From: Octopus sinensis
Taxonomy: Eukaryota
Direction of reading: 5' to 3'
NCBI RefSeq assembly: GCF_006345805.1
Contig: NC_043005.1
Coordinates: forward strand, 27,590,001 to 27,654,000
DNA length: 64,000 nucleotides
Shown: positions 48,755-61,945 of the stretch, one piece after another
Numbering within the stretch: position 1 is the first letter of the stretch
Layout: each line of letters opens with the position of its first letter
The notes under the pieces: model-generated
The model's input: only the letters and a program-made list of their open reading frames with translations
Told to the model about the DNA's origin: nothing
Database searches by the model: none
Position numbers and translations under genes: made by a program

Positions 48755-49200
48755 TAATGAGACATTTTCCTTGAATGTGGAAGGTTTGCAAAGATTAGAA
48801 AGAAATGAAGTACAGATGCTCCATTGGATGTGCAACATAAATGTGTATGTATGACATAATATAAATGTGTTGAGAGAAAAATTGGATACGGGAGGATCAG
48901 ATGCAGCATGTTAGAAAGAAGGCTGTGCTAGTGTGGGTATGCGGCGTGTATGGATTAGGACGGTTATATAAAAGAAGTGCCGGTCACATAATGTAGATGG
49001 AGCTTGTGGAAAAGGGAATCCCAGGAAGATATGGGATGCCATAGGGCAAGCTGATCTCAGAATTTTGAACCTCATTGAAGAGACAACAAAGAACCAACAT
49101 GACTGGAGATGTACAGGACTTGAGAAGACCTGCCCATCCCTGAAAAACAGATTCTGGAAATAATGTGTGTGTATACATACATCATCATCACCATCATCAT
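48755..49200 (+). mobile_element. Degenerate RTE C-terminal relic
   Basis: MLHWMCNI...GACGKGNPRKIWD fragments and a CAT/GAT tail. Confidence 0.6.
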
Positions 49201-50169
49201 CATTTAACATGTTTTCCATTACACACACACATACACACACACATAACTGCACCTCTCACCCAATTTCTTTCTCAAGCCTTTTTCACCACTCATCATCTCT
49301 ATATCACTGGACCTCCTCCTCTGCCATTACCTTAATAACTGCAGTTATTAAATGAGAACAGCACTGCATGTTCCATCATCTTTTACTGTGATATCAGTTA
49401 TTGTTTTCACTTCCCAGGACAGTTATCTTTTTCACTTCCCTAGACATCCTTCCATAATTCTTAATATTGTCCCTCTCCACTCACATTTTACACTGATCAC
49501 TCTTCTGTCCCACCAAATTATCTCCCATTCTCAGCCATCATACATTACTTACTTTTCCATAATCATTGCATCTGCCTCTTCTTTCATTCATGCCCTGGTG
49601 CTGGTACCAGGGAAAAGCATCTGGTACCTTCTGTATAGTAGGCATTAGGAAATGCATCAAGCCATAGAAACTACCCCAAAACTGAGACACTGGAGTAAAA
49701 CACAGTCGTCTGATTTGCTAGATCCTGTCAAAATGCTCAAATGAAAGGTGGACATGTATATACATATGTGTGTGTGTGTGTGTGTACATATTTATGTATG
49801 CATGTATATGTATGTGTGTATATATACGTGTATGTGTGTGTATATGTATGTATATATGTAATATATAAACACCTCACTAATGCTGATTTCACAAAAAGAG
49901 CTTGCAGTATGCTCTGTAAAGTGGTTGGTGTTAGGAAGGGCAACTAGCTATAAAAATGAAGACACGAATGAAACATAAACAACATGAGATTTCCCTGGTT
50001 TCCCATCTAGGTGAGTAGTACCCTTCAAGTATGTGCAGCAATCAACCTCTCCCAACCCATGCCAGCATGAAAAGCAGACATAAAACAGTGATGATGATGA
50101 TTTATTCTAATAAAGATGATGGTATAATGTATGTATAAATATCATATTTATTTCTGTTGTCCACACTAG

Positions 50170-50312
50170 GCCTGAAATAGTATGTTCACTAAATCAAAGT
50201 GGGGCTTCTCGTTGCGGAACTGATGTGTCTGGCTGTCTCCGAGGTTGTGTATCTGGTGGTCAGTTCAATGGAAGTTTGAAAACAAAATCTCTTATGACTG
50301 ATGATTACGATG
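50170..50312 (+). CDS. PLA2G6: PLA2G6 coding exon 9, Cys-rich linker (PEIVCSLNQSGASRCGTDVSGCLRGCVSGGQFNG...DDYD)
   Basis: cactag acceptor, g/gttagt donor, phase 2-1. The GAxRC..GC..GC...FNG pattern resembles invertebrate iPLA2 linkers. Confidence 0.85.
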
Positions 50313-50689
50313 GTTAGTGTTGGACTTGTTTCTGATGTTGTCCTCTCTCTTTCTCCACGGCACCATCTTCTTTACTACACACTCTCCTACCTAACCCTAA
50401 CCTTTGCTTTCTCCTTCTGCTACATCCTCATCTCTCTTGCACTTTCTCTCGCATCCTTTAACACTTTGCCTACTGTGGGAGTTGCTGGTAACTCGACACA
50501 CTGTATTCTTAACATATATATTAACTGGTGACTCTCCATGCTATATTCTTAATATATATCGTATGAGTATGGTGACTCCTTAAGCTACCTTCTTAATATA
50601 CCATATGGGTCACTAGTGACTCCCAGTGATGTTTTGCTTTTATGGATCCTCACATTATTTTGGTTCAAATTATAATATTAAAATTTTAG

Positions 50690-50900
50690 GAAATGTACAA
50701 AATGCAGATATATAAGAAGGGTACAAATCTCTGCCATCTCCATCAGACAGAAAACAGCTCCCATCACTTTTGGAAGCATTTTTTCACACTCATAGGTGCT
50801 GAAGCATGGAACAAACTACCTGCATCAGTTGTTAGCTGCCAAGACATTACATCCTTTAAAAAACCTCCATGTTTCCTGAAATTCGCCAACACTACACCTG
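50690..50900 (+). mobile_element. CR1/L2-type LINE 3' fragment
   Basis: KHFFTLIGAEAWNKLPASVVSCQDITSFKK matches the FFS.RVV..WN.LP..VV...S...FK C-terminal motif. Confidence 0.7.
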
Positions 50901-51061
50901 ATATCCCCTTGCTCTCCATACACATGCACACATGTATATATCATGACTCTTACACTGTTCCCTTTCCTGATTTTTGTACATAATCCTATGTACTGCACAT
51001 GCACCTTTGATGAGTTGTAGTGCACCTGAGCACTAGGCACAATAATTTCATTCTTCTTCTT

Positions 51062-51096
<35 letters not shown>

Positions 51097-51989
51097 CATA
51101 GTGCTAGAGAAAAGAAATGATAAATAAATTAAAGGAATTTGTAAACTGAGGTATAATGGAGGTATAATTTTAGCACTTTTTAATATGTGTGTCACCAGTG
51201 ACACCCACAGCATGCAGTGAATGCCATATTCATTCTGTACTGCAGGAGTCACTGTTGATACCTATACTATAAATCAGTGTGATAGTTTACACCATGAACT
51301 AGAACACACACACACACATACACATACATATATCGACCCAGGATGACATGGGATGAGGTGGTGAAGCACAATCTTCGAATGTTGGTAATGACAAGTGGCC
51401 GAGACCTTTCATGCTATGTTGTGCTCGAGAAAACTCATCAAGCCAAGGGAAATTGTAGCCATTGTTGTTGCTGATATCATGTAAATGGCACCCATGCCGG
51501 TGGCATGTAGAAAGCACCCATTACGCTCTCAGAGTGGCTGGTGTTAGGAAGGGCATCCAGCTGCAGAAAACCATGCCAAATCAGACTAGAACCTGGTGCA
51601 GTTCTCCACGTTACCAGTTCCAGTCAAACCGTCCAACCCATAGCAGCATGGAAAGCAGCCAATAAACGATGATGATGACGATATGTAATGAAAAAGTTAA
51701 AAAACAATGCATAATTTATAATAAAATTAAACCTCATGATACAAAAGAGAATATGGTGCAAAATGGGTTTGGTAGCCACCATGTTAAAAACTATAAAAAT
51801 GTTTGTGACGTTTTGGTCAAAGTCTTCCTAATTCCCTATTAACAAGGTCTGTTGAAAATGAGGAGTAAAACCATTTGTACTGCACTTAATATTTAATACT
51901 AAAATATCAGTATTTGGTCTGAACTAAAAGGCTGATATCTTTAATTCATGTAAAAGTGCATGCTGCCCACTGGAAACTGATGTGCCACA

Positions 51990-52250
51990 AAGGGATATGG
52001 ACACACAGACAGAATATGATATGGACAAACAGGCACAATGGGATATGGAGACATAAGCAGAATGGGATATGGACACACAGAAACAATGTGATATGGACAC
52101 ACAGACAGAATGAGATATGGACACACAAACAGAATGAGATATGGACACACAGACAGAATGAGATATGGACACACACACAGAGAATGGGATATGGACACAC
52201 ATACAGAATGGGACATGGACACACAGACACAATGGGATATGGACCCACAG
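51990..52250. repeat. Minisatellite, about 10 copies of a 22-26-bp unit GATATGGACACACAGACAGAATG(A/G)
   Basis: Visible directly. Generates repetitive ORFs 51924-52355. Confidence 0.9.
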
Positions 52251-52324
52251 GCACTTGTGCCATCGAAGATGGCAACTGTTTTGTTTATGTACAACCTTTT
52301 TGTCTGTCCATTGATAAATGGTTT

Positions 52325-53150
52325 AATCTTCAGACTTTGGTATGATGGTTCATGACTGCCAATACTTGTAAAGGCGGTGAGCTGGCAGAATCGTTAGCAC
52401 GCCGGATGAAATGCTTAGCGGTATTTCGTCTGCGTTACGTTGTGAGTTCAAATTCCGCCGAGGTCGACTTTGCCTTTCATCCTTTCGGGGTCGATAAATT
52501 AAGTACCAGTTACGCACTGGGGTCGATGTAATCGACTTAATACCTATGTCTGTCCTTGTTTGTCCCCTCTGTGTTTAGCCCCTTGTGGGTAATAAAGAAA
52601 TAGGTTTAAGTGATAATTATAAAAATCTAATTAAGAATAATGCGACCATATTTTTCAAAGCTCCTGAACAAGGTATTAAATTGTATTTGGAAGTGAGACT
52701 CCAGCTTAGGAGTACAAGGGTTTTGAGAAGTATGGTGTTACTTTCTAGTTATCACTATACTCAGGACCTCTGTGGCCCAGGGTGGTAGTCCTGTCATGGG
52801 TCTCAATTATGGACCAAATACAGAAGACTGTCCTATAACTAAAGACTTAGAGGCAGGTTCTCCTCTAGACATTTATCACATAGGCCCACTGGTATGTGAT
52901 CATACTCTGATGACATTTATCACACTGGTATGTGGTCATGCTCTGATGTCATGTGAACCAATTACTACTACCTAGGGTTTGCTTAGGCTTTTTTGCCTCA
53001 AGGGTTAGAGCAAGAGATCAGGAAACAAGCAGAGTAAACTGTAAAATAGCTGGCAAAATGCAATGTGAAATCACTACTGTATCTTTCCCAAAAAAAATCA
53101 TGAATCTTCAGACTTTGGTATGATGGTTCATGACTGCCAATACTTGTAAA
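52325..53150 (+). repeat. 48-bp perfect direct repeat (52325-52372, 53103-53150) enclosing a SINE plus about 500 bp of other sequence
   Basis: AATCTTCAGACTTTGGTATGATGGTTCATGACTGCCAATACTTGTAAA occurs twice. The first copy abuts the SINE 5' end. Confidence 0.9.
52373..52604 (+). mobile_element. Young, CpG-rich full-length tRNA-derived SINE
   Basis: GGCGGTGAGCTGGCAGAATCGTTAGC...GAGTTCAAATTCCGCCGAGGTCGAC...GCCCCTTGTGGGTAATAAAGAAATAGG. CpGs are retained relative to other copies. Confidence 0.92.
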
Positions 53151-53757
53151 ACAAGCATGGCACACGGAAAGAGAGAGAGAGAGGAAGAGAGACAGACAGA
53201 CATGTAGAAAAATATTAAAATATTATTTGCGAAACACTGAAAGATTTACATAAAATTATCATTATTCCAGAAATACTTTAATTACAGTATTCATTTTAGA
53301 ACTGTGAGTATATTGTTCCATTATCTAATCCTGCTTAAATTAACATAAAGGTAATTTCTTACTCCAGTCCTCTCTGGTTTTAATTCTCTCGTTCACTCTT
53401 TTCCTGTTTGCCAATCAGAGCAATGTAATTAACGCCTTACATTTTTACTTTCATTTTATTTCTTCAGCTGCCACTCACTCATTCACTCTCTATTGTTTGA
53501 CAGCCTCTTCTTTCGATATTGTCTCCTTAGTTTTGCAGCAAATAACTACACAAAGCTAATAATGATTGTATGTGCATTGTTTCAAGCTCTTTATGTTTAC
53601 AGAGATTTCAGCTTTTCCTTTCATCTTTCCTTGGTCAGTGAAATAAAATACTAATTAATTACTTGGATCAATTTAATCAAGTGTGTCCCTCTTCTAAATC
53701 TGAAGCCTTTTGCCTGTGTTATATGCTGTTATCATAGCCTTATATTTTCTATTGCAG

Positions 53758-53831
53758 CTGCCTATGATGAAATGCTAATAGGGCAATTTCTAGCTACACA
53801 TGGTGCCAACAAAAACAAGGATGGTTACAGG
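53758..53831 (+). CDS. PLA2G6: PLA2G6 coding exon 10 (AYDEMLIGQFLATHGANKNKDGYR)
   Basis: ttgcag acceptor, agg/gtaagt donor, 74 nt, phase 1-0. Bridges exons 9 and 11 in frame. Confidence 0.8.
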
Positions 53832-55479
53832 GTAAGTAGGAAAATCTTGAATGACTCTTGTGTTTTTGTTTAGCCCTGGGTTAGCCCTGACTGAACTGAC
53901 CTATTGTCAAAGCTCTTCAAGCTTTGATTGTCCTATCTTTAAGATAGTGTGTGATTATTTGGGCTGGTATACTTAGTCTTCTATGGCCTGGTTTAATATT
54001 ACTATCTAAAGGCGGCAAGTTGGCAGAAATGTTAGCACACTGGGTGAAATGTTTAGCGGTATTTTGTCTGTCTTTACATTCTGAGTTCAAATTCCACCTA
54101 GGTCGACTTTGCCTTTCATCCTTTCGGGGTTGATAAAGTAAGTACCAGTTGCATACTGGGGTCGATCTAATCAACTGCCCCTTCCCCCAAACTTTTGGGC
54201 CGTGTGCCTAGAGTAGAAAAGGATATTACTATCTGGCCCTTGTGATACCTTTAGTGCCATCCACTGTACTTCCAGGGATCAGGCCAAGTCTCCAGTCTAG
54301 AAATAACTTCCTCCTTCCTGCTTTCAGTAACAGGGTCCTTAAAAAGAGGACATGGCTGCTGCCATCAGTTCAGCTAACCAAGCCATCAAAACAATTATAA
54401 TTATTCTAAGACTACTTCATCTAATATCTTCTTATTTTTTGAAACTTTAGTGATTGATTTTAAGGAATATTTGGCTGCTATTTCTTACAAGTTTAGTGAC
54501 CATATAGAGTCTCCTTCCTTGGCTCACTTTTATATGTTGAGATGGCTATGACTAGAGACTACTACTTTCTTCTGAAGCAGGCACAAGACAGGGGTCCAGC
54601 ATCAGCACCACCAGAAACACTTACCTAAGGTGCTGCCCAGTGGGACTGAACCCAGAACTGCATGGTTGTGAAACAAACATATTAATCGCACTGCTTCACC
54701 TCTGTGCCCATAGCTTCACACTCTCTTTTGCTGGCTAAACTGGGCACAATGAAAGGGATCATACCATATTCTGTTAATTATAGGATTTGTATCATGTTGT
54801 TACATCAATGTTTTTCAAAGCAGTTAATACCTGAGGTCACTACTCCTCACAAGAATATGGATGGGGTTTGTACTTTCATCTGTCCTTAAGATGCAAACAG
54901 CACTTCCTCATCATCATCAACACTTAACATCTATTTCCCATGCTGGCATGGGTCTAACAGTTTGACAGGAACTGGCAAGGTCAGAGGCTACAACAGGCTC
55001 CATCATCTACATTGGCTTAGTTTCTACAGTTGGATGCCCTTCTACACTCTAGCTGAAAGATATAGAATACCTCATAAGTAACATAAACGTCCTAAATTCA
55101 GTGACGGCATTAATGAAGTTGTTACATGTTAATATAACATGTTAATCTTATCTTTATTAATGTATATCGAATTATACTTAGATATATACAAGATTTACAC
55201 GGATAAAAGAGTTAGAACTTGTAATGCTCTTGCAGACATTTTTCTTTGGAAATTTTTGCCCACCGTACTAAAATGTTGCCCCATCTCTGAACTGAAATAT
55301 AAAAAGTGTCAGAATCAAATCCACAGGTGAAACAGAAATTGTGAATGTTGCAGGATAAACGGGATCTTGAAATAGATTAAAGTCTTCTGATATAAGAACA
55401 GTTGTTATAACAGATGATGGTTGATAGTTTCTCATCAAACTTTGAAGAAACTTTAGAATATTCCCACTCCATCCCTGTA

Positions 55480-55960
55480 GTATATGGCTTCGTCACTGTC
55501 TTTGTAATGAGGTCAGTTGTCATAACACAGCCATTTACTTCATCAAGGTCAATTACCATGATGTGGTCACTTACTAGGGCAACACTAGTGACTGTAAATT
55601 GACTGTTTACAATGTCAAGGTCAGTAATGAGACAACTTACTTACAGTCAAGATCACTTAATGAATAAAAGGTCGATTGTTACAACAAGGTCACTTACTAG
55701 CTCAAAGTCAGTTACCATGACAGGGTATATGAATACCAGTTACAATGACATGGTCATTTCATTGGTCAGTTACCACAACATAATTACTTACTCAGTCAAA
55801 GCCATTTATCATGACAAGTTACTATAAAAAATCACTTATTAGGTCATGGTCAGGTCCCATGATACAGTTACTTACTACCTCATGCTCAAATACTATGATA
55901 TTCCGCTAGGAGTAGGTCACTTACCATGATACGGTTACTTACTTAAGGTCAAGGCCAGTC
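55480..55960. repeat. Degenerate tandem array built from GGTCACTTACT / GTCAGTTACCATGA motifs
   Basis: The motifs recur more than 10 times at irregular spacing. Confidence 0.6.
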
Positions 55961-56046
55961 ACCCTAATCTGTAATCAGCAACAAGAACAACAACAGAAAA
56001 TTACTATTTGTAAATCTCACAATGAGAGATATTCAGCAACAGTACT

Positions 56047-56386
56047 TTGGAGTAAATATTATTTGCCAACATAACATGGCAGTCCTGGTTTAGGACGAAT
56101 GTTGCTGTAATTTAGCCCCAGGAGACATCATCTCCAGCTGGCTATACGACACTATCTATGACCTTATATTTTCAAACAAGGGAATCTAGCACTTTCACTC
56201 AGCTCGAAACTTTATCTATGTATCGCAATTTCCGAGTGGGGGTGCTAGATTCTCTTGTTCGAAAATATAAGGACACGGATCGTGTCGCATAGCCAGCTGG
56301 AGATGTTGTCTCCTGGGGCTAAATTACAGCAACATTTGTCCTAAACCAGGACTGCCATGTTATGTTGGTAACAATCTTTACTCCAA
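56047..56386. mobile_element. MITE-like fold-back element with about 150-bp TIRs
   Basis: TTGGAGTAAA...CATAACATGGCAGTCCTGG...CTCCAGCTGGCTAT...GGGAATCTAGCAC is mirrored by GTGCTAGATTCTC...ATAGCCAGCTGGAG...CCAGGACTGCCATGTTATG...TTTACTCCAA. Confidence 0.85.
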
Positions 56387-56474
56387 GAACAACAATAGTT
56401 GTGCATTTGTTCATATTTATTTCCTTCCTGCACATCTAATCTATCTTCTTACCTTTCATTGTCCCCTAATTAAG

Positions 56475-56628
56475 GTCCTCTGTCTTGATGGTGGTGGTAT
56501 CAGGGGTTTAATTACGATCCAGATGTTAATTGAAATAGAGAAACATGTTGGTAAACCAATCCAAGAATGTTTTGACTGGATTTCTGGCACAAGTACAGGA
56601 GGAATCCTCGCTTTGGCCATAGCCCAGG
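56475..56628 (+). CDS. PLA2G6: PLA2G6 coding exon 11, patatin catalytic exon ([11 protein letters not shown]...[19 protein letters not shown])
   Basis: taag acceptor, g/gtgagt donor, phase 0-1. Oxyanion loop GGGIRG and lipase GxSxG motif both intact. Confidence 0.96.
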
Positions 56629-58629
56629 GTGAGTATATCAAAGCTCTTCTTTACAGACTTTTGCACCTCTTTCGCACACACACACGCACACGTTTGTGTT
56701 CTTTTTTTTAGAGCATATTTTGAAGCATTGAGAAATTTGAAAATAAATGTTTTTATGAAGTTACTCTATTATAAATATAGTTATAAATAATATAGCTGTA
56801 AATAGTAACCCATAATGTTTGGTAATAAAAATACTCCTTTACACAGAAAAAAACTGCACAAAGTCATCCATGGTCAAAATCATATATTATGAGCTATTAT
56901 TTATTGTTACAGTTGCATCTGAATAAATTTGTGATAACACTTGTAGAGATACACATATATATATAGAATTATTTGCATATACACAGGTACACATGTCTAC
57001 AGAGTCACTTCTAAGTAGATTTACCTGTACATGTAGAGTTTCTGATCACTGTATAGCAACATGTGCAGCACAAAATGTTTTTCTTTCTTTGTTTTTTGTT
57101 TTTTTTGGTGGTGGTGGTGGTGGTGGGGTCTGTAGAATGGTCTGTGTTATTGGCTGTTGTTTGTGTATAGAATGAGATGTTCTTTGAGTAGCAATCTTCT
57201 ATGGACAACAATGCAATGGTATATGTAACCAGCACTGTCTTTTTGTTACATCTGCTTGCTGATAGAAAAACTGATTGGTTGAGAAAGAACTCAACATATT
57301 CAGCCACCAGCTATAGACTGCATGCCAGAGATCACATCACCAACATACCACAAAATATAGTTTTCTATTTTTCAAGAAAGCTTCTCCACATATGCTGACA
57401 TTTCACAAAATGTTTCTGGAGATATTCTGTCCACCCTCTTGGATGATTGTCTACATCTGCTACGTTGACCATTCTGTTGTTACTTTTGATAGGTCACCTC
57501 TCTGACTGGTGTATCAATAAGTTGGCATCTTTTATGCAATGTGATTTAACTCTAGTCTATGAAATTCTTTGTCCTTCTCTTTTGGTTCTTGGAGACATTG
57601 GCATCACCTGATTCACACAATTTAGATTCCCAAGATTTCTTGCATAAATAAGGATGAGTCACTTGAACACTAATTTCATGAATCCAACAATTTTTTCAGA
57701 CATTCAACTTGGTAAATCTCTATGACCCATGGTAATGACATAATAAATCAATTGTATAAAGGCACAAAGGATGTCCTTAGTAAAATGCACCATGTTGCAA
57801 ACATTTGTGCCAGATCTCTAGTTTAATCCCATAATATCGGGTGATGTAAATTTACATGCACTGTGTACTTGCTTTGAATCAGGTGATGAAAATATATGCA
57901 GCCCTGTCTGCTGCGGTTTTGTACCTGTTTGTGTCTTGGTTGATATAAATATTTGCTAATACTCACAGAATTGATAATAGAGGCCATCGTGCAAATTTCA
58001 AGGAATCTGATAGTTTTGTTAGGTTCTTCATGTAAATATTTCTAACTCAGTTTGAGACTTCATCACCATAATAGTATAAAAGCAGCAGTTTTGGCAGTTG
58101 CACCACCATTTCCACTATGACTTCCTATCAAATTCGCATACGTTCAGCAAATTCTTCTGGTCCTTCACGGAATTTACAATTGCATCCAGCCATGTCAGTT
58201 TCGTTGAATTTATGGCCCTAACAGTAATGACAGTTTGCATAAATAAACAGTGCATGCTTCAAAGCAGTTGATGTAAATATGCACTGAACCAATGTCGTGC
58301 ACTAATTGCTGATCTTGGCCAAGATGGTTACCATCTGTGCAAACTAGTTGCCTGATAAAAAAAAAAACATTCTTGTGGAGTTAAGGATACATCCCCTTCC
58401 CTTGCTCCCACTAGTTCTGAATGCCCTGTAAAGGGTCATCAGCTCTGTTTTCTCTCCTGGTTAAAATTAAATATGAAATAGGTTTGTCTCTTTTCTTCCT
58501 CCCACTTTTTTCTTTTACATATTCTCAAAATAAACACCTCGCCACATCCTTTCTGCCCACTTCCCTTCCGTTTTCTCAAATTAGAATTTTTTATTCTGTG
58601 CTCTACTCTGGTTCATCGTTTCATTGCAG

Positions 58630-58780
58630 GTAAACCGTTGAATTATTGCAAAAGTTTATATTTCCGGATGAAAAATGATATATTTTCTGGCAAACGACCA
58701 TATTCTTCTGACAAACTCGAACAACTGCTGAAAGATGAGTTTGGTGAAGACACTGTCATGTCAGATTTGAAACGGCCAAA
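58630..58780 (+). CDS. PLA2G6: PLA2G6 coding exon 12 (KPLNYCKSLYFRMKNDIFSGKRPYSSDKLEQLLKDEFGEDTVMSDLKRP)
   Basis: ttgcag acceptor, aa/gtaaga donor, 151 nt, phase 1-2. Confidence 0.95.
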
Positions 58781-60606
58781 GTAAGAAACACACACACACA
58801 CACATAAATATATATAAAAACACATACATAATTAACAAAATTGATAGAGATAAATAAAAACCAATCATATTTTATTGATATAGTTGGAATACTTAATGTG
58901 GAATTCATGAAAAGCACCATTCGAGCATAATCATTGCCAGAGTCGCCCTACTGGCACATGTGCTGGTGGCATGTGAAAAGCAACATTCGAGCGTGGTTGT
59001 TGCCAGTGCCACCGGACTGGCTCCTGTGCAGGTAGCACGTAAAAAAACACCTTTTGAGCAGGATCGTTGCCGGAACCACCTGACTGGCTCCTGTGCTGGT
59101 GGCACGTAAAAGCACCCACTACACTCTTGAAGTGATTGGTGTTAGGAAGGGCATCCAGCTGTAGAAACTTTGCCATATCAGATTGGAGCCTGGTGCAGCC
59201 TTTTGGCTCACCAGTCCTCAGTCAAACCGCCCAACCCATACCAGCATGGAAAGCAGATGTTAAATGATGATGATGATGATGATGATGATAATGTGTTTCA
59301 TAGATACTAGTTCTTGCATTGAAATTTGGCTGGAATTTAGTGAGTTTTCGCCTTCTGTGAGTTTTAGCACTCTGCCAAATCCAATTTGCTTATGTTTCAG
59401 CACCCTTGATGCTCAAAATCATTTCAGGTATTTATGAACCCCATTCAATAGCCACGCAAACCCCCAGGAGCCGATATTGACTGTTTAGTCAACTCCTGCT
59501 CTAAACCAAATTCTTAAGAGAAGAGCAAAGTGAAACTATTTACTCAGTCATTTTTGTTTCATCTCTCTGTAAAGTGATTGGTGTTAGGAAGGGCATCCAG
59601 ATGTAGAAACCCCAGGCCAGAGCAGACAATGAAATCTGGTGCAGTCATAGGACTCATCAAATCCTGTCAAACCATGTAACTCATCTCAGCAGGGGACAGG
59701 AAGTTAAATGATGATGACAACGATGATGAGTTAACCCTTTTGATATTTACTTGCCTGAGACTACACTTCATCATCATCATCATCATCATCACCATCCGCT
59801 TTCCATGCTGGCATGTGTTGGACGGTTTGGCTAAGGACTGGCAAGCCAGGAAGCTGCACCAGGCTCCAATCTGATCTGGCAGAGTTTCTACAGTTGGATG
59901 CCCTTCCTAACGCCAACCACTCTGAGGGTGGCTGGCATTAGGAAGTGCAGTCAGGCAGTGGAGAAGTCAGATAGCACTGGCATCAACCATGCCCGAATGG
60001 TGCTTTTTACATGCCATTGGTATGGGAGCCAGTCAGGCAGCACTGTCATCAGCCATGACAATGATTTCACTTGACTCAACAGGTCTTCTCAAGCACAGTT
60101 TATTGCCCAATGATTGAAGGGTCGTTCAGTTAAATAAACTTCCCGTTTTAAAGTGATCTAAATTAAAACTTACCATCAAAGTTTTATTCTTTTACTTGTT
60201 TTGGTCGTTTGACTCTGGCCATGCTGGAGCACCACCTTTTAGTCGAAAAAATTCGACCCCAGGATTTATTCTTTGTAAGCCTTGTACTTGTTCTATTGGT
60301 CTCTTTTGCCAAACCACTAAGTTACAGGGACATAAACACCATCATCAGTTGTCAAGCGGTGGGGTGTTGGGGGGGGGGGCAAACACAGACACAAAGAGAT
60401 ACAATAATTTATGTTAAGATTTTTATAATTGTATTCTTATCTCATATGTATTGAATTATAATGTATATATGTATGTTATTAAGGTTCTCGTTTTTGTTAA
60501 ATAAATAAATAAGTCAACATTCTAATATCCGAAAGCTGATCAACCAACTAAATCATTTCTCCATTTTCTTATTTGTATTATATACATATATATATATATA
60601 TATATA

Positions 60607-61945
60607 CTCGCTTCCACAGGCTTAGCCAATACCGCAGGATGAAAAACATCAAGCTAAGTTCCCGACCTGTTTCCTCTTTTCATTGTTTTTGCAAGCCTTA
60701 TTATTATTGTATCCCCATCTAATAGCGTTATCGTTGTCTTTCGTCTTAAATGCTAGCTGAAGCATAAAAACTTTCACTCACAAAAACTTATTCACACCAC
60801 CGCAAAGCATTCATCTCAATCCTGTCTTCTTTCTGCCGCCTAAAACCTCATCTTCTCCCAATGCGCAGTGTCACTATGTCTCTCTCTCTCTCGCTATGTG
60901 GTGTCGGTTTCCTTCTGTTTTCACTGTCTCTCTCTCTCTCTCGGTATATATCCTACCTTCACTCGCTTCCACAGGCTTAGCCAATACCGCAGGATGAAAA
61001 ACATCAAGCTAAGTTCCGACCTGTTTCCTCTTTTCATTGTTTTTGCAAGCTTATTATTATTGTATCCCCATCTAATAGCGTTATCGTTGTCTTTCGTCTT
61101 AAATGCTAGCTGAAGCATAAAAACTTTCACTCACAAAAATTATTCACACCACCGCAAAGCATTTCATCTCAATCCTGTCTTCTTTCTGCCGCCTAAAACC
61201 TCATCTTCTCCCAATGCGCGGTGTGTCACTATGTCTCTCTCTCTCTCTCGCTATGTGGTGTCGGTTCTCCTTCTGTTTTCACTGTCTCTCTCTCTCTCTC
61301 GGTATATATCCTACCTTCACTCGCTTCCACAGGCTTAGCCAATACCGCAGGATGAAAAACATCAAGCTAAGTTCCCGACCTGTTTCCTCTTTTCATTGTT
61401 TTTGCAAGCCTTATTATTATTGTATCCCCATCTAATAGCGTTATCGTTGTCTTTCGTCTTAAATGCTAGCTGAAGCATAAAAACTTTCACTCACAAAAAC
61501 TTATTCACACCACCGCAAAGCATTTCATCTCAATCCTGTCTTCTTTCTGCCGCCTAAAACCTCATCTTCTCCCAATGCGCGGTGTCACTATGTCTCTCTC
61601 TCTCTCTCGCTATGTGGTGTCGGTTCTCCTTCTGTTTTCACTGTCTCTCTCTCTCTCTCTCGGTATATATCCTACCTTCACTCGCTTCCACAGGCTTAGC
61701 CAATACCGCAGGATGAAAAACATCAAGCTAAGTTCCCGACCTGTTTCCTCTTTTCATTGTTTTTGCAAGCCTTATTATTATTGTATCCCCATCTAATAGC
61801 GTTATCGTTGTCTTTCGTCTTAAATGCTAGCTGAAGCATAAAAACTTTCACTCACAAAAACTTATTCACACCACCGCAAAGCATTTCATCTCAATCCTGT
61901 CTTCTTTCTGCCGCCTAAAACCTCATCTTCTCCCAATGCGCGGTG
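60607..61945. repeat. Tandem repeat, 3.7 copies of an about 358-bp unit
   Basis: Units start at 60607, 60962, 61320 and 61681. They differ almost only by homopolymer/dinucleotide indels. Confidence 0.95.

Noticed and set aside
52373-52460. tRNA-like sequences with A/B boxes (also 11078, 40340 and others)
   Set aside because: They do not fold into complete cloverleaves and continue into SINE bodies, so they are SINE heads, not tRNA genes.
57380-58370. Possible very old minus-strand mariner transposase relic
   Set aside because: Only faint motif resemblance, many stops and no TIRs identified.
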